DNA of 64,000 nucleotides from Candidatus Marinacidobacterales bacterium (GTDB lineage: Bacteria; Acidobacteriota; Vicinamibacteria; Marinacidobacterales; SMYC01): positions 8,070,598 through 8,134,597 of the forward strand of contig OZ250169.1 in the NCBI GenBank assembly GCA_965237955.1, read 5' to 3'. A model generated the notes under the pieces. The model did not search any database. It was not told the DNA's origin and saw nothing but the letters and a program-made list of their open reading frames with translations. The first letter of the stretch is position 1. Each line of letters opens with the position of its first letter. The position numbers were made by a program, and so were the translations under genes. Below are positions 33,935-44,154 of the stretch, piece after piece.

Positions 33935-34948
33935 CTACGCCTGGGTGAACGGAATGACCCCCGGGAGGAGCCACTTCTCCCACATCTCATCAATCTTCGC
34001 CTGGAAGTACTCGATATCTTCGTCAACGAAGTGGGCGAAGCGACCCTGCCTCATCAGGTACTCGCGAACCGGCTTGCGCTTGACCGTTCCCCTCGCGATA
34101 TGTTTGGACTTGCCGTACATCTTGAGCACATGCTCTTCGACCTCATAGAGCGGCCAGATGCCGGTCTCCACCGCAAGCTCACCGAGCTCATGGGAGTACA
34201 TCGGATCGTAGTCCCAGCCTTTGGGGCAAGGATCGGGCGAGTGGATGAAGGTCGGCCCGCCGATGGCCAACGCCTTGCGCACCATGTTCATCGTCTCAAC
34301 CGCATTGCCGGCGCCAACGGTCGCGACATACTTACAGTCGGGATGACCCGCCGCCAACATCGCCGCCGTGTTCTTTTTCCAGCGCCGGTGCATGATGCGA
34401 TGCAGCTTGCCCGGCGGGCTGAAAGTGGAGTTCACACCATACGGAGAGGACCCCGACACCTGGATGTCGGTGTTGGCGTACGACTCGTTGTCGTACATCA
34501 AGATCAGCAAGTTGTAATGGGTGTGCTGGAGTGCGGCCGAAATGGCCGAGAGCCCCATGTCGGCGCCACCGCCATCGCCGCAAAAGGAGATGACGTTGAT
34601 CGGCTCCTGCTCCATCTTACCCTTGCGCATCATGGCCCTCAAACCGGCGACCGTCCCGGTGGCAGCGGAGCCCGCGGATCCGAGCTGCGTGTGCATCCAG
34701 GGCACCATCCACGGGGTGGAGTAATACGTGGTGTTGGCCACGTACATGCAGCCGGTGGCGCCGAGGATGATCGAGCGCGGGCCGGCCGCCTTGGCCATGA
34801 GCTTCATGAGTAGCGCTGACTCGCACCCCTGACAAGTGCGGTGACCCGAGGTGAAAAACTCCTCACGGGCGACTTTCTTGATGCCCTTCCAAGGTTCGAG
34901 GACCTGTGTTGAAACGAACTCGTCGAAAGCTACAATATTTTCTGGCAT
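33935..34948 (-). CDS. porB: pyruvate/2-oxoacid:ferredoxin oxidoreductase beta subunit
   Basis: GHRTCQGC, ATGC, GDGG...YDNESYANT TPP motif, PCPKGW. Confidence 0.88.
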   Translation of the reverse strand: MPENIVAFDEFVSTQVLEPWKGIKKVAREEFFTSGHRTCQGCESALLMKLMAKAAGPRSIILGATGCMYVANTTYYSTPWMVPWMHTQLGSAGSAATGTVAGLRAMMRKGKMEQEPINVISFCGDGGGADMGLSAISAALQHTHYNLLILMYDNESYANTDIQVSGSSPYGVNSTFSPPGKLHRIMHRRWKKNTAAMLAAGHPDCKYVATVGAGNAVETMNMVRKALAIGGPTFIHSPDPCPKGWDYDPMYSHELGELAVETGIWPLYEVEEHVLKMYGKSKHIARGTVKRKPVREYLMRQGRFAHFVDEDIEYFQAKIDEMWEKWLLPGVIPFTQA

Positions 34949-34953
34949 GATGG

Positions 34954-35270
34954 TTACTCCCTCACTCCGATCCAGTGAGTGTCTTGATCATCAATGTCGC
35001 CGCCGCTGGCGGCGTCGAACACCTGGCTGGTTATATCGATGACGTTGTCGGTGGTTACCTCACGTCCGCCCAGACCGGCGATGAATGAAATAATCCCGGG
35101 CCGGTTCGCCATCGGGTAGAGGGCGGAGCGCAGCTCGTTGGCGAGCACGCCGCTGAAGAAGCTGGAGCCGAAACTGTAGTCGCGATCGATCACACCGACG
35201 GCTTGCACCCCCGACAGCGCGTCCTGCAGCTCGATGGTAGGGACCGTCTTGAAAACGGGAACTTATTTTG
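34954..35270 (-). pseudogene. 2-oxoacid:ferredoxin oxidoreductase alpha subunit C-terminal fragment
   Basis: VGVIDRDYSFG...LRSALY...IAGLGGREVT; upstream part missing. Confidence 0.8.
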
Positions 35271-35274
35271 TCGC

Positions 35275-35576
35275 CGGCCCTTAGCCAAGCCCTCGTCGCG
35301 CGACTCTTCTTCACCCCGCGTCGTGATCACGATGATGGGCACTGTGGGCTCGCTATGCTTCGCTCGGATGTATGCGATCAGATCGAGTCCGTTCATCTGC
35401 GGCATGTTGATGTCCGTGAGGACGCAGTCCACGGACCCCTCACCGAGCTTGTCCACGGCTTCTTTTCCGTTGGTAACCTCGGTGATGTTGTACGTTCCCT
35501 CTTTCTTGAGAGTGAGCGAGATCAGCATGCGCGTCGTAGCGGAATCGTCGACGACCAAGAGATTTTTGCTGGACAT
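35275..35576 (-). pseudogene. CheY-like response regulator, C-terminally truncated
   Basis: LVVDDS, LTDINMPQMNG, ITT; ends at GLAKG before the conserved KP. Confidence 0.82.
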
Positions 35577-35595
35577 TGTTTCTCCTTCGGTTCCG

Positions 35596-36369
35596 TTACC
35601 CCGACTTCATGAGTTTCATGAAACCTTCGATGGTCTTTAGCTTGCGGTCCATGGTGCTGTGCAGCCTTGCCGATACGAGCGCGCTCGCCGCATCGGCGGC
35701 AACGAGCTCCAGAATTTGATGATCGATAGGCAAGAATACCTTCTTGTGACTGAGTAGCTTGTAGATGACGACGACTCCCACCGTGGTGCCGTTGAGCTGC
35801 ATCGGCAGCGTCGCCAGCGGCAGGTGGGCCTCCACTTCGGTCTCGCTCTTGGGCTCGAAGTAGAACGACTCCCCCGTGGCAGCGACGTCGCCGATGATGC
35901 CCTCACCCATGGGTAGAGAATCTTTGGGCAGGCGCTCACGAATGCCTTCCCCGGTGAGCACCCGGAGCTTTCTTTTGCTCTTGTCCAGTAGCAGAAGCCC
36001 GAACTCCTCCGCTCCGACCATCTCGACTAGGATCTCGGTGATGATCTGCTTCACTTCTTCGAGGTCGAAGGTCGCATGGAGCTGTTGGCTAGCGACATAG
36101 AGGTTCGTGAGCGCCTCGTTCTGCTCCTGAATCTCGACGTACATGTTCGCGAACTCTTGATTTTCCTTTTCGACTTGCTCCAGGTGCGCGCGCGCTTCCT
36201 GCAAAGCTTCGAGGAGCGCTTGCTCTCCGCCGCTTGCTTGCATCTCGAAGCCGGTCTGGAGGTCAACGACTTGACGCTCGAGCTCCGTCACCCGGTCGCG
36301 GAGAAAATCAGCATCGTTCGATGTTGTTTTCGCTTGATTGTCTCGAGACATAGCTTCGTCTCCGGTCAC
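35596..36369 (-). CDS. coiled-coil + GAF domain protein
   Basis: N-terminal heptad-rich region; LTNLYVAS, GEGIIGDVAATGE, PLATLP, VGVVVIY. Confidence 0.8.
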   Translation of the reverse strand: MTGDEAMSRDNQAKTTSNDADFLRDRVTELERQVVDLQTGFEMQASGGEQALLEALQEARAHLEQVEKENQEFANMYVEIQEQNEALTNLYVASQQLHATFDLEEVKQIITEILVEMVGAEEFGLLLLDKSKRKLRVLTGEGIRERLPKDSLPMGEGIIGDVAATGESFYFEPKSETEVEAHLPLATLPMQLNGTTVGVVVIYKLLSHKKVFLPIDHQILELVAADAASALVSARLHSTMDRKLKTIEGFMKLMKSG

Positions 36370-36827
36370 AAGGTCGCCATGGCTACGTTCACGATGACCT
36401 CACCATGTGAAGTCTCCAAGGGAACGATCAGTGTCTCGAGCTCCGCAGTCGAGATGGTGACGTTGTCCCCGGCAATGAGCGTCGGCGGAGACACGCGGAG
36501 CTTGTAGCCTTTGTCGTTGAGAAGCGAGATCGCTCTGCCGGTCATCATGCTCGCGAGCTCCGACAATGTCTCTTTCGCGAGGCTTGAAAGCTCGGTCTGG
36601 GGCTCGTCGTTCATCTCCGCAGCGATCGCGAGCGCCGTCTGCCGGGACATTTCGAAGAGAACACGCCCTTCGCCCTCTCCCGTGACTCCGACGATGGCGG
36701 TCACGCCGTTTCCGGCCTTGGGCGCCGGCGACAGCTGCACCTTTCCGGCGGCAATCTGCCCCGACAGCACTTGCTCCCGGATTTCCTGAGCCGAGATCAC
36801 GAACGGCTGAACGTAGTCGTAGGCACT
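36366..36827 (-). CDS. cheX: chemotaxis phosphatase CheX (start codon out of frame)
   Basis: YVQPF, IVGVTG, ELASMMTG, VSPP; the GTG next to the upstream stop is one base out of frame. Confidence 0.75.
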   Translation of the reverse strand, partial: SAYDYVQPFVISAQEIREQVLSGQIAAGKVQLSPAPKAGNGVTAIVGVTGEGEGRVLFEMSRQTALAIAAEMNDEPQTELSSLAKETLSELASMMTGRAISLLNDKGYKLRVSPPTLIAGDNVTISTAELETLIVPLETSHGEVIVNVAMATL

Positions 36828-37218
36828 AGCCCTCTCCCAAGACGAAATCCACCACGCTCGCAACTTGTTTCGGTTCGACGGGCTTCGTCAGGAAATGTTT
36901 TGCTCCAGAGTCGAGCGCCTCCTTGATGATGTCCTGGTAGCCGTTCGAGCTGACCATGACGATCTTCGCCGACGCGTCGCGGTCGAGGATCCCTTGCACT
37001 GCCTCGACCCCTTCCATCTCCGGCATGGTGATGTCCATGAACACGAGGTCGGGCTTGAGCTTCAGGTACTGCTCGATCGCTTCTTTACCGTTCGCGGCGA
37101 ATCCGGCAGACTCGCCGCCCACCGACGTCAGGATCTTTTTCATGTTCCGCCGTGCAAACTCCGAATCGTCCACGACGAGAAATCGAAAGCTCGACTTCGA
37201 GTTGTTTAAGCTATCCAT
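36826..37218 (-). CDS. cheY: CheY-like response regulator
   Basis: VVDDS, PDLVFMDITMP, FLTKP. Confidence 0.85.
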   Translation of the reverse strand: MDSLNNSKSSFRFLVVDDSEFARRNMKKILTSVGGESAGFAANGKEAIEQYLKLKPDLVFMDITMPEMEGVEAVQGILDRDASAKIVMVSSNGYQDIIKEALDSGAKHFLTKPVEPKQVASVVDFVLGEG

Positions 37219-38288
37219 GACGATCCCCTTTGCTGCCGCGGTTGCTCCGACGACAGCGAGTTCAGATAACCCGCCATCTCCGACAGCGGCAGAACTCGGT
37301 CGACAACACCGCGCTCGATGGCCGCTTTGGGCATCCCGTAGACGATGGAGCTCGACTCGTCCTGCGCCAACGTATGCCCGCCGGCCTTTTGGATCGCAGA
37401 GATGCCTTCCGCGCCGTCCTCTCCCATACCGGTGAGAATCATTCCTATTGACTTCGCGCCGACGACTTCAGCCATGGAGCGAAAGAGCACGTCCGCCGAA
37501 GGCCTGTGGCCACGTACGGGATCCGAGCGGGTCAAGCGCACGGTGACCCTTGCCTTCTCGCGCTCCACCACCATGTGGCGGCCTCCGGGGGCCACGAGCG
37601 CGCATCCCGCGCTCACGGTGTCACCATCGGCCGCCTCGCGAACTTCGATGCGAGCGAGTCTGGCGAGACGCTCGGCGAATTGCGCCGTGAATCCTTCGGG
37701 CATGTGCTGCACGATGAGGAGCGCGGGTTGAAACCCGCTCTGTATCTCCGCGAGCAACGTGGACAACGCGTTCGGGCCGCCGGTCGAGACCGCAATCCCG
37801 ACAACGTCACGAGCCGGAACCGCCTGCGCATCCAAAACGCGTGGTCTCGGCGACGGTGTCGTCGCTCTAGTCACCGGACGTCGGATTTTGACCCGAGCCG
37901 CCACCCTGATCTTGGCCACGAGATCTTTACCCCAGGACGCTACTGGAGACGAGAAAATGCGATCCGGCTTGGTGATGAAATCAACCGCGCCTGCGGCGAG
38001 CGCGTCGAATGTCGCTTTCGCACCCTTCGAAGTGTGTGCGGACACGAGCACGACCGGCAGCTGGTGCTTGTCTATTATTCGCTTGAGCGTGCTCATTCCG
38101 TCGAGGCGGGGCATTTCGAGATCCAACGTGATCACATCGGGACGTTGTTCGAGCTGCTCGATCTTGTCGAGGGCAAACACTCCGTCCATTGCGGTGGCGA
38201 CGACCTCGATGTCCTCGTACGGTTCGAGAACCTTCGTAAGCAACCGCCTCATGAAGGCCGAATCGTCGACGATGAGGACGCGGATCAC
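37206..38288 (-). CDS. cheB: chemotaxis methylesterase CheB
   Basis: REC domain + STGGP, VQHMP, HRPSADVLF, LTGMGEDG. Confidence 0.95.
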   Translation of the reverse strand: MIRVLIVDDSAFMRRLLTKVLEPYEDIEVVATAMDGVFALDKIEQLEQRPDVITLDLEMPRLDGMSTLKRIIDKHQLPVVLVSAHTSKGAKATFDALAAGAVDFITKPDRIFSSPVASWGKDLVAKIRVAARVKIRRPVTRATTPSPRPRVLDAQAVPARDVVGIAVSTGGPNALSTLLAEIQSGFQPALLIVQHMPEGFTAQFAERLARLARIEVREAADGDTVSAGCALVAPGGRHMVVEREKARVTVRLTRSDPVRGHRPSADVLFRSMAEVVGAKSIGMILTGMGEDGAEGISAIQKAGGHTLAQDESSSIVYGMPKAAIERGVVDRVLPLSEMAGYLNSLSSEQPRQQRGSSWIA

Positions 38289-40290
38289 TGGAGCACCTCG
38301 ACCCTACGCGCAAGGCTCACCGTCTTGTCCAACAAGCCCCGAGTATGAAGGATGAGCACGACTCGTCCGTTTCCGAGAATCGATGCTCCGGCGATGCCAG
38401 GACTTCGGGTAAGCGTGTCATCGATCGGCTTCACCACGAGCTCCTGCTCTCCGAGAAGGCGTTCCGCGACGAGGCCAATGCGCCGCTCGGCCTCTCCGAC
38501 AACGAGCACGAAAGCTCGGCCGGAATCTTCCGAAGCCGACGGCGGGAGTCCCAACGCCCGGCTCAACGACACCAGCGGCACGACTCGGTCGCGCCACTGC
38601 AAAACCCCGCGTCCCAATACGCTCCGCGCCTGATCCGAGCGAAGGCGTACGATTTCCAAAACACTTGTGAGCGGGACGGCGAACGCCTTGTCCGCCACCT
38701 CCACGAGCACGGCTCTGAGAATCGCGAGGGTGAGCGGCAAGCGAATCAGAAAACGTGTACCGCGACCGGGTGCAGTCTGCAGCTCGATGACACCCTTCAA
38801 ATTCTCGATGGATTCGCGCACGACATCCATTCCGATGCCTCGACCTGAGATGTCGGACACCTCGTCATTCGTGCTGAACCCAGGTTGATAGATCGTGTTG
38901 AGAATCTCGGCAGGCGCCATTTGATCGAGTTGAGACGATTCGATGAGCCCCTGAGTGACCGCTTGGCGGGCCACCTGGGCGACGTCGATGCCACGCCCGT
39001 CATCCTCGACGACGACGTGTACGTGGTTGCCTTCGTAGAACGCCGAGAGAAGCAGTCGTCCGCTACGCGGTTTCCCGGCCCGGACCCGCTCGTCGGGAGC
39101 CTCGAGGCCGTGATCGATAGCGTTGCGCACGAGGTGCAGAAGCGGCTCACCGAGAGCGTCGACGATGCTCTTGTCGAGCTCAGTCAAGCCTCCCTGAATC
39201 TCGAGCTCGACGCTCTTCTCGCGCGCATGCGCCAGATCGCGAACGAGCCGCGGAAAGCGCCGGAAGACGTGCTCGACAGGAACCATCCTGATTTTCAGAA
39301 CCGCCGCCTGAAGCTCGCTCAATGTATGCTCGAGAAAACCGTTGGCGTCGCTCAAGCGATCGAGTGGGCTCCCTCCGACAGCGCCCTCGGATAGCTCAGC
39401 CAATACCTGCGCCACCATCGATCGACCGATCACGAGCTCCCCAACCAGGTTCATGATGCGGTCGATCTTCGAAACCTCGACCCGAAGGAGCTCAGACGAC
39501 GCCGGGCCTCCACCACTTTGAGCGTGCGCGGTCATCGGTTCTGCACCCGAGCCGCCATCGCCCGGGTTGAGCGCCTCCGGCTCCCCGTGTGGCGGCAAAG
39601 CTGCGTCTTGCTGTTTGAGCACGACCCGAGACGTCACTCCCGGTACTTTCGCCGCTCGTCGAAGATCTTTCGGTTTCGCAATCGAGCTCACCACGAGAAC
39701 CCAGCGCGACGACTCCTCGATCACCGGGGACCCCGGATCCGGTTCGACGCTCACAATCCGACCCAGTTTCTCGAGCCGTTGCCGGATCAAGAACGCGCCC
39801 GCAGAGTGCATCTGGCAATCACGCGCGAACGAGACGGTGATGCGAAACAAAGAGCCTGCGAGTGAAATCTCGTGGGTCGCCGGATCGCCGCTGGGAGGCA
39901 CGAGGCGCTCACACAGGGTGGCAATATCCGGGAGCGGTGTGCCCGAGTCGTTACAATAGTGCTCGAGAAGCTCGCCCAGAAGGTCACCACACGCAAGCAA
40001 TAGGTCGATATCCCTGCGGCGCAGGTGGTCCATTCGCCTGAGAGCCCTCCGAGGTAGTCCTCCATCCGGTGGGACAGTTTCGAGAGCGCTCCAAACGCGA
40101 GCGCCATCGAGTCGCCTTTGATGGTGTGCACGGTCCGCTCCAGCGCGCGCAACACCTCGGAGCGTTCGGCGGAGCTTTCGAGTTCGAGCACCTTCGCACC
40201 GTATTCCTCTAGCATTTCCTTCGTCTGGGCGTAGAACGTCTCTTTGAGCTGGGCTTGCTCTTCCGGCGTCAAGTAACTCTCGTCGCTCAT
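38285..40290 (-). pseudogene. cheA: chemotaxis histidine kinase CheA, frameshifted near 40030
   Basis: Hpt HTIKG in one frame; MNLVGELVI, HLVRNAIDHG, DDGRGID, SGRGIGMDVV and CheW domain in another. Confidence 0.9.
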
Positions 40291-41132
40291 GAGAGTCCCA
40301 CTTTCTTGTACGCCGTGCCGCGGCGGTGATGGACGAACTGAAGCTCGGAGCTCATGCCCTGCACCGATTCCGAATGGCCGAGAAAAAGGTAACCACCGGG
40401 ACGGAGCGCCCGGATGAGCTTGTTCACGACTTTCTGCTGCTCGTCGGGGTCGAAATAGATCAGGACATTGCGGCAAAAAATGATGTCGAGGTCGCCGAGA
40501 CCGTTCTCGTGCTTGAGATTGTGAAAGTCGTAGATGACGAGGCGCCGAGCTTCGTTACGAACACGGAAGCCGTCCGGGCACGGTTCGAAGAACCGACGGT
40601 GACGCGCGCGGTCCACGTCCTGCAGCTTGGATGCGGGGTAGGTTCCGCTCGCCGCCCTCTCTAGCGCCGATAGTGACAGGTCGGACGCGTAGATTTTGAC
40701 GTCCCACGGTTGTCGCGTCGGGAGCTGCTCGAGCACCGATATTGCAATCGAGTACGGCTCCTCTCCGGTCGAACACCCCGCGCTCCAGATTCTAAAGCCG
40801 TGCTCGACGGCCGCGGTCTTTCGCTCGATCAACTCGGGAAGAACGAGGTGTTCCAACACTTCGAACTGGGGACGATTGCGAAAGAAGGACGTCTCGTTGA
40901 TGGTGAGGACGTCGAGGAGCTGTAGAAGCTCCTCTTCTTGCTCAGTGCCACCCTGCTTCAAGCACCGATAGTAGCGGTAGAAGCTCCCGATGCTCTTCGC
41001 CGCCAGGCGTTTGCCGATACGCGACGACAGAAACGCTATCTTGTTGTCGGCGAAAAAGAGGCCGCACTCTTCATGAATGAAATCGCGAAAGAGGCGGAAC
41101 TCGTCGTCGCTGATCTGCGCGGGCGCGATCAT
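40287..41132 (-). CDS. cheR: chemotaxis methyltransferase CheR
   Basis: TINETSFFR, WSAGCSTGEEPYS, IFCRNVLIYF. Confidence 0.95.
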   Translation of the reverse strand: MIAPAQISDDEFRLFRDFIHEECGLFFADNKIAFLSSRIGKRLAAKSIGSFYRYYRCLKQGGTEQEEELLQLLDVLTINETSFFRNRPQFEVLEHLVLPELIERKTAAVEHGFRIWSAGCSTGEEPYSIAISVLEQLPTRQPWDVKIYASDLSLSALERAASGTYPASKLQDVDRARHRRFFEPCPDGFRVRNEARRLVIYDFHNLKHENGLGDLDIIFCRNVLIYFDPDEQQKVVNKLIRALRPGGYLFLGHSESVQGMSSELQFVHHRRGTAYKKVGLS

Positions 41133-41611
41133 TGGCCCTCGCTCGGACCGACGCCGAGAGCCGTTTCCAGAGCTTCAGCGTCCCCGTCGGTAAGGAGGTG
41201 GTGCAAGTTGAGGATGATGACGAGGCGGTCGTCGAGCTTGCCGACACCCTCGAGGTAGTCGTCGTGAATGGTGTTCTTGAGCTCCTCGGGCGCGGGATCG
41301 ATCGACTCATCCGGCAGCTTCAGGACCTCAGTCGCCGCGTCGACGAGAAACCCGACGGTGAACCCGTCCAGGTCGACAACGAGGATGCGGCTGGCCCGAT
41401 CGACGCTCAACCTGCCGAGACCGAGACGTCCGGCGAGATCCATCACCGAGATGATCTTGCCGCGAAGGTTGATGATCCCGAGCACGTAGTCGGTCGTGCC
41501 CGGCACGGTCGTGATCTCCTGCGCCTTCACGATCTCTCTTACGGCGAAGATATCGACTCCAAACGTCTCCTTGCCGATGCGAAAGCAAACGAGGTGTGCC
41601 GTACCCGCCAT
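41129..41611 (-). CDS. cheW: chemotaxis coupling protein CheW
   Basis: VREIV, GIINLRGKII, GFLVDA. Confidence 0.95.
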   Translation of the reverse strand: MAGTAHLVCFRIGKETFGVDIFAVREIVKAQEITTVPGTTDYVLGIINLRGKIISVMDLAGRLGLGRLSVDRASRILVVDLDGFTVGFLVDAATEVLKLPDESIDPAPEELKNTIHDDYLEGVGKLDDRLVIILNLHHLLTDGDAEALETALGVGPSEGQ

Positions 41612-41622
41612 GGTCTTTATCT

Positions 41623-43547
41623 TTACGCGCCGGTCAACGTCTCCACCGAATCCAACGCCGTCGAGAGCTCGTCCTCGCTAGGCTTGGTAGACTCGCCGTT
41701 CGCGCGAGCTGGCCGTCCTCCGTTACCGCTCTGGTCGACTTGGAAGCGAGATGTGACCTCACGCATGAGCCCTGCTTGCCGCGAGAGCTCCTCCGAAGAC
41801 GCCGCAAGCTCGGACGAGCTTTCGGCGTTTTGTTGCACCATCACTCGAATCTGCTCGATGGAATCCACGACCTGCTCGGTACCACTCGACTGCTGCTCGG
41901 TCGCCGCGCTGATCTCGTGGGTGAGCTCCTCGAGTCGCGACGTGGCTTGCTCGATCTCTTGCGTGCCGGCCGACTGTTCGGCTGTCGCTTTGCCAATTTC
42001 CTCAGAGCACCGAGACACTTCCGACACCGAGCTTCCGATGTTGTCGAGATTCGATCGAAGTTGCTCGGTGCGCTCGATCCCACGCGCGACGATCGTCGTC
42101 GACTTCTCCATGTTCTCGACGACCTTCCCGACTTGCGATTGGATTCGCTGCACCAGATCGGAAATCTCGCCGGTCGACTTCGCGCTCCGCTCGGCGAGCT
42201 TGCGAACCTCTTCGGCGACGACGGCAAACCCGAGGCCGTGCTCTCCCGCTCGCGCCGCCTCGATCGCGGCGTTGAGAGCGAGGAGGTTCGATTGCTCGGC
42301 GATCTCGTCGATGACCCCGACGATCGTTCCGATGTCTTCGGCCATGCCGCCGAGATCCTGAACGAATCCCGCGGAAGACCGGATCACTTCACGAATCTCA
42401 CCCATGCCTTGGCTCGCAGCTTCCATCGCCGACCCCCCCTCGGTGACGGCGTTGCTCGCCCGGCTCGCGATCGTCACCAGACGTTCGGCGGTACCCGCCA
42501 CTGTCTGCACCGAGCGCAACATGTTCTCGATCGAGGCCAAGGTCTCGGTCGTCGACGCGGACTGTGACTGCGTATTGCGGGCGACGTTCTGAATGTTCGC
42601 GTTCATTTCGTGAAGCGTCGACGTAATACTTTCCACCGCCGCGGCGGTCGACTCGTTACCTCGGGCCGCTTTGCCAGTGGCGCGCGCAACCGAATCACTT
42701 CCGGTGGCGACCTCGTCCGCCGACGCTTGCACGTGAACGACGATGTCTCGAAGCCCGGCAGAGACGAGGTTGAACGCTTTCGAGATCTCCGCGAGCTGGT
42801 CGACCATGAGGTTGAACGCCTTCGCCATCCGTCCAATCTCGCCGCCGGTCTCGATTTGGATCTGCGGGGATTCACGACGATTTCACCAGTCAGATCCACG
42901 CTCGCCATGACCCTGGTCTCCTCGGCAAGCTGTTTCATGTCGTGGCTCGCGATCTCCTCGGCGGTCTTGGTCAGATCGAGAATCGGTGCCGTAACTTGAC
43001 GGCCGACGACGACTGTCGTTGCGAAAGCGAAAATGCCGACCGCGAGGCTGAACAGAAGCGCCGTCCGCAAGCTCGAGCGATGCTGGGCGCTGATGCGTTC
43101 GGTCGACAGTCCGAGCTGGATCGAGCCGGTGACTTTCCCGTCGCGCCTCACCGGACCTACGATCTCGAGCGTCTTCTCCGTCTTCGTCGACTCGAAATCG
43201 CGCGGTATCCCGGGATCTTCGCTCGAGAACTCACCGTCGGCGGGGTAGCTCGCGAACTCTCTCCCTTCGGCGTCGCGGACGACGATGTAGACGAGGTCTT
43301 CGTCCGCCTGGGCCCAATTGAAGACCTGGAGCACCGACTCCTGATCTTCGAACTCCAGACCGGTCGCGACGCTGTAGGCAACCATCTGGGTGATGCTCCG
43401 CGCTTTGTTCTTGAGCGCTTCCTCGCTCGCCGCGCGCTGGCGGGAAGGGAAGAAGAACATGATGAAAGCCGCGAAGACCAACATCATCGCTGCAATCGGC
43501 AAGACGAACCGATTTCGAATCGACAGATTCGCAAACCAAGCGGTCAT
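41623..43547 (-). pseudogene. methyl-accepting chemotaxis protein, frameshifted near 42860
   Basis: Two TM helices, a periplasmic domain and the HAMP start in one frame; [38 protein letters not shown] in another. Confidence 0.9.
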
Positions 43548-43922
43548 GGATCTTCCTCCAACCGGCCCTTAGCCGGTGGGCGTAGTGCACAGCAATACAT
43601 TGTCAGAAATGGCTTGGTGTGTCGTTTATGCAAAAGACGAGCCACCACCGGGAAGGGGCTCGAGCTAGTAACCCGTTTCGTAGCAAGGAGATTCACTGGT
43701 GAACCCAGTGAGGACACCAGTTCTTTTTGAAACGTATCGGCCAACTCCGTAGGGAATCCCCTGCAGCAGACACTGGGGGGTTTTCTCGGCACGAAAGCTG
43801 GAACGCCAGGAAGACGGGCGTCTGGATCACCGCGAGTCGGTGATGCGAATCCCGTCCGCATACATAGTGCACGATCACACAGTCGTCGGAGTGACTTGCG
43901 GCTGGACCTTTCGCTCGACGAC

Positions 43923-44150
43923 CTAGTAAACGTGCTCGGCCAGGTCCAGCAGGCGAGAGCTTATCTGAATCCCAGCGCGCTTGGCGGCCTGAGCGTTGAT
44001 GATGAAGCGGATTTTGTTCTTCTGGGTCCTGAGCTCGATCATCCCGCCCCGTTCTGCGAATCCCTTCGTCTCACCAACGGTTAGGACATTGGCGTCTCCG
44101 AGCAAGGCGAGGACATCGCTAAGTAGTGCGACGAGCTTCGCTCGTCGGTC
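43923..44150 (-). pseudogene. YfiR-family protein C-terminal fragment
   Basis: VLTVGE..GF...GGMI...KIRFIIN..AA..AGIQISSRLLDLA. Confidence 0.8.
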
Positions 44151-44154
44151 TTTA

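Noticed and set aside
43745-43822. Cobalamin riboswitch (AGGGAA...CACTG...GCCAGGAAGAC)
   Set aside because: Opposite strand to the downstream operon, lacks the CCCGC-x-ACTGT core, and has no B12-related genes adjacent.
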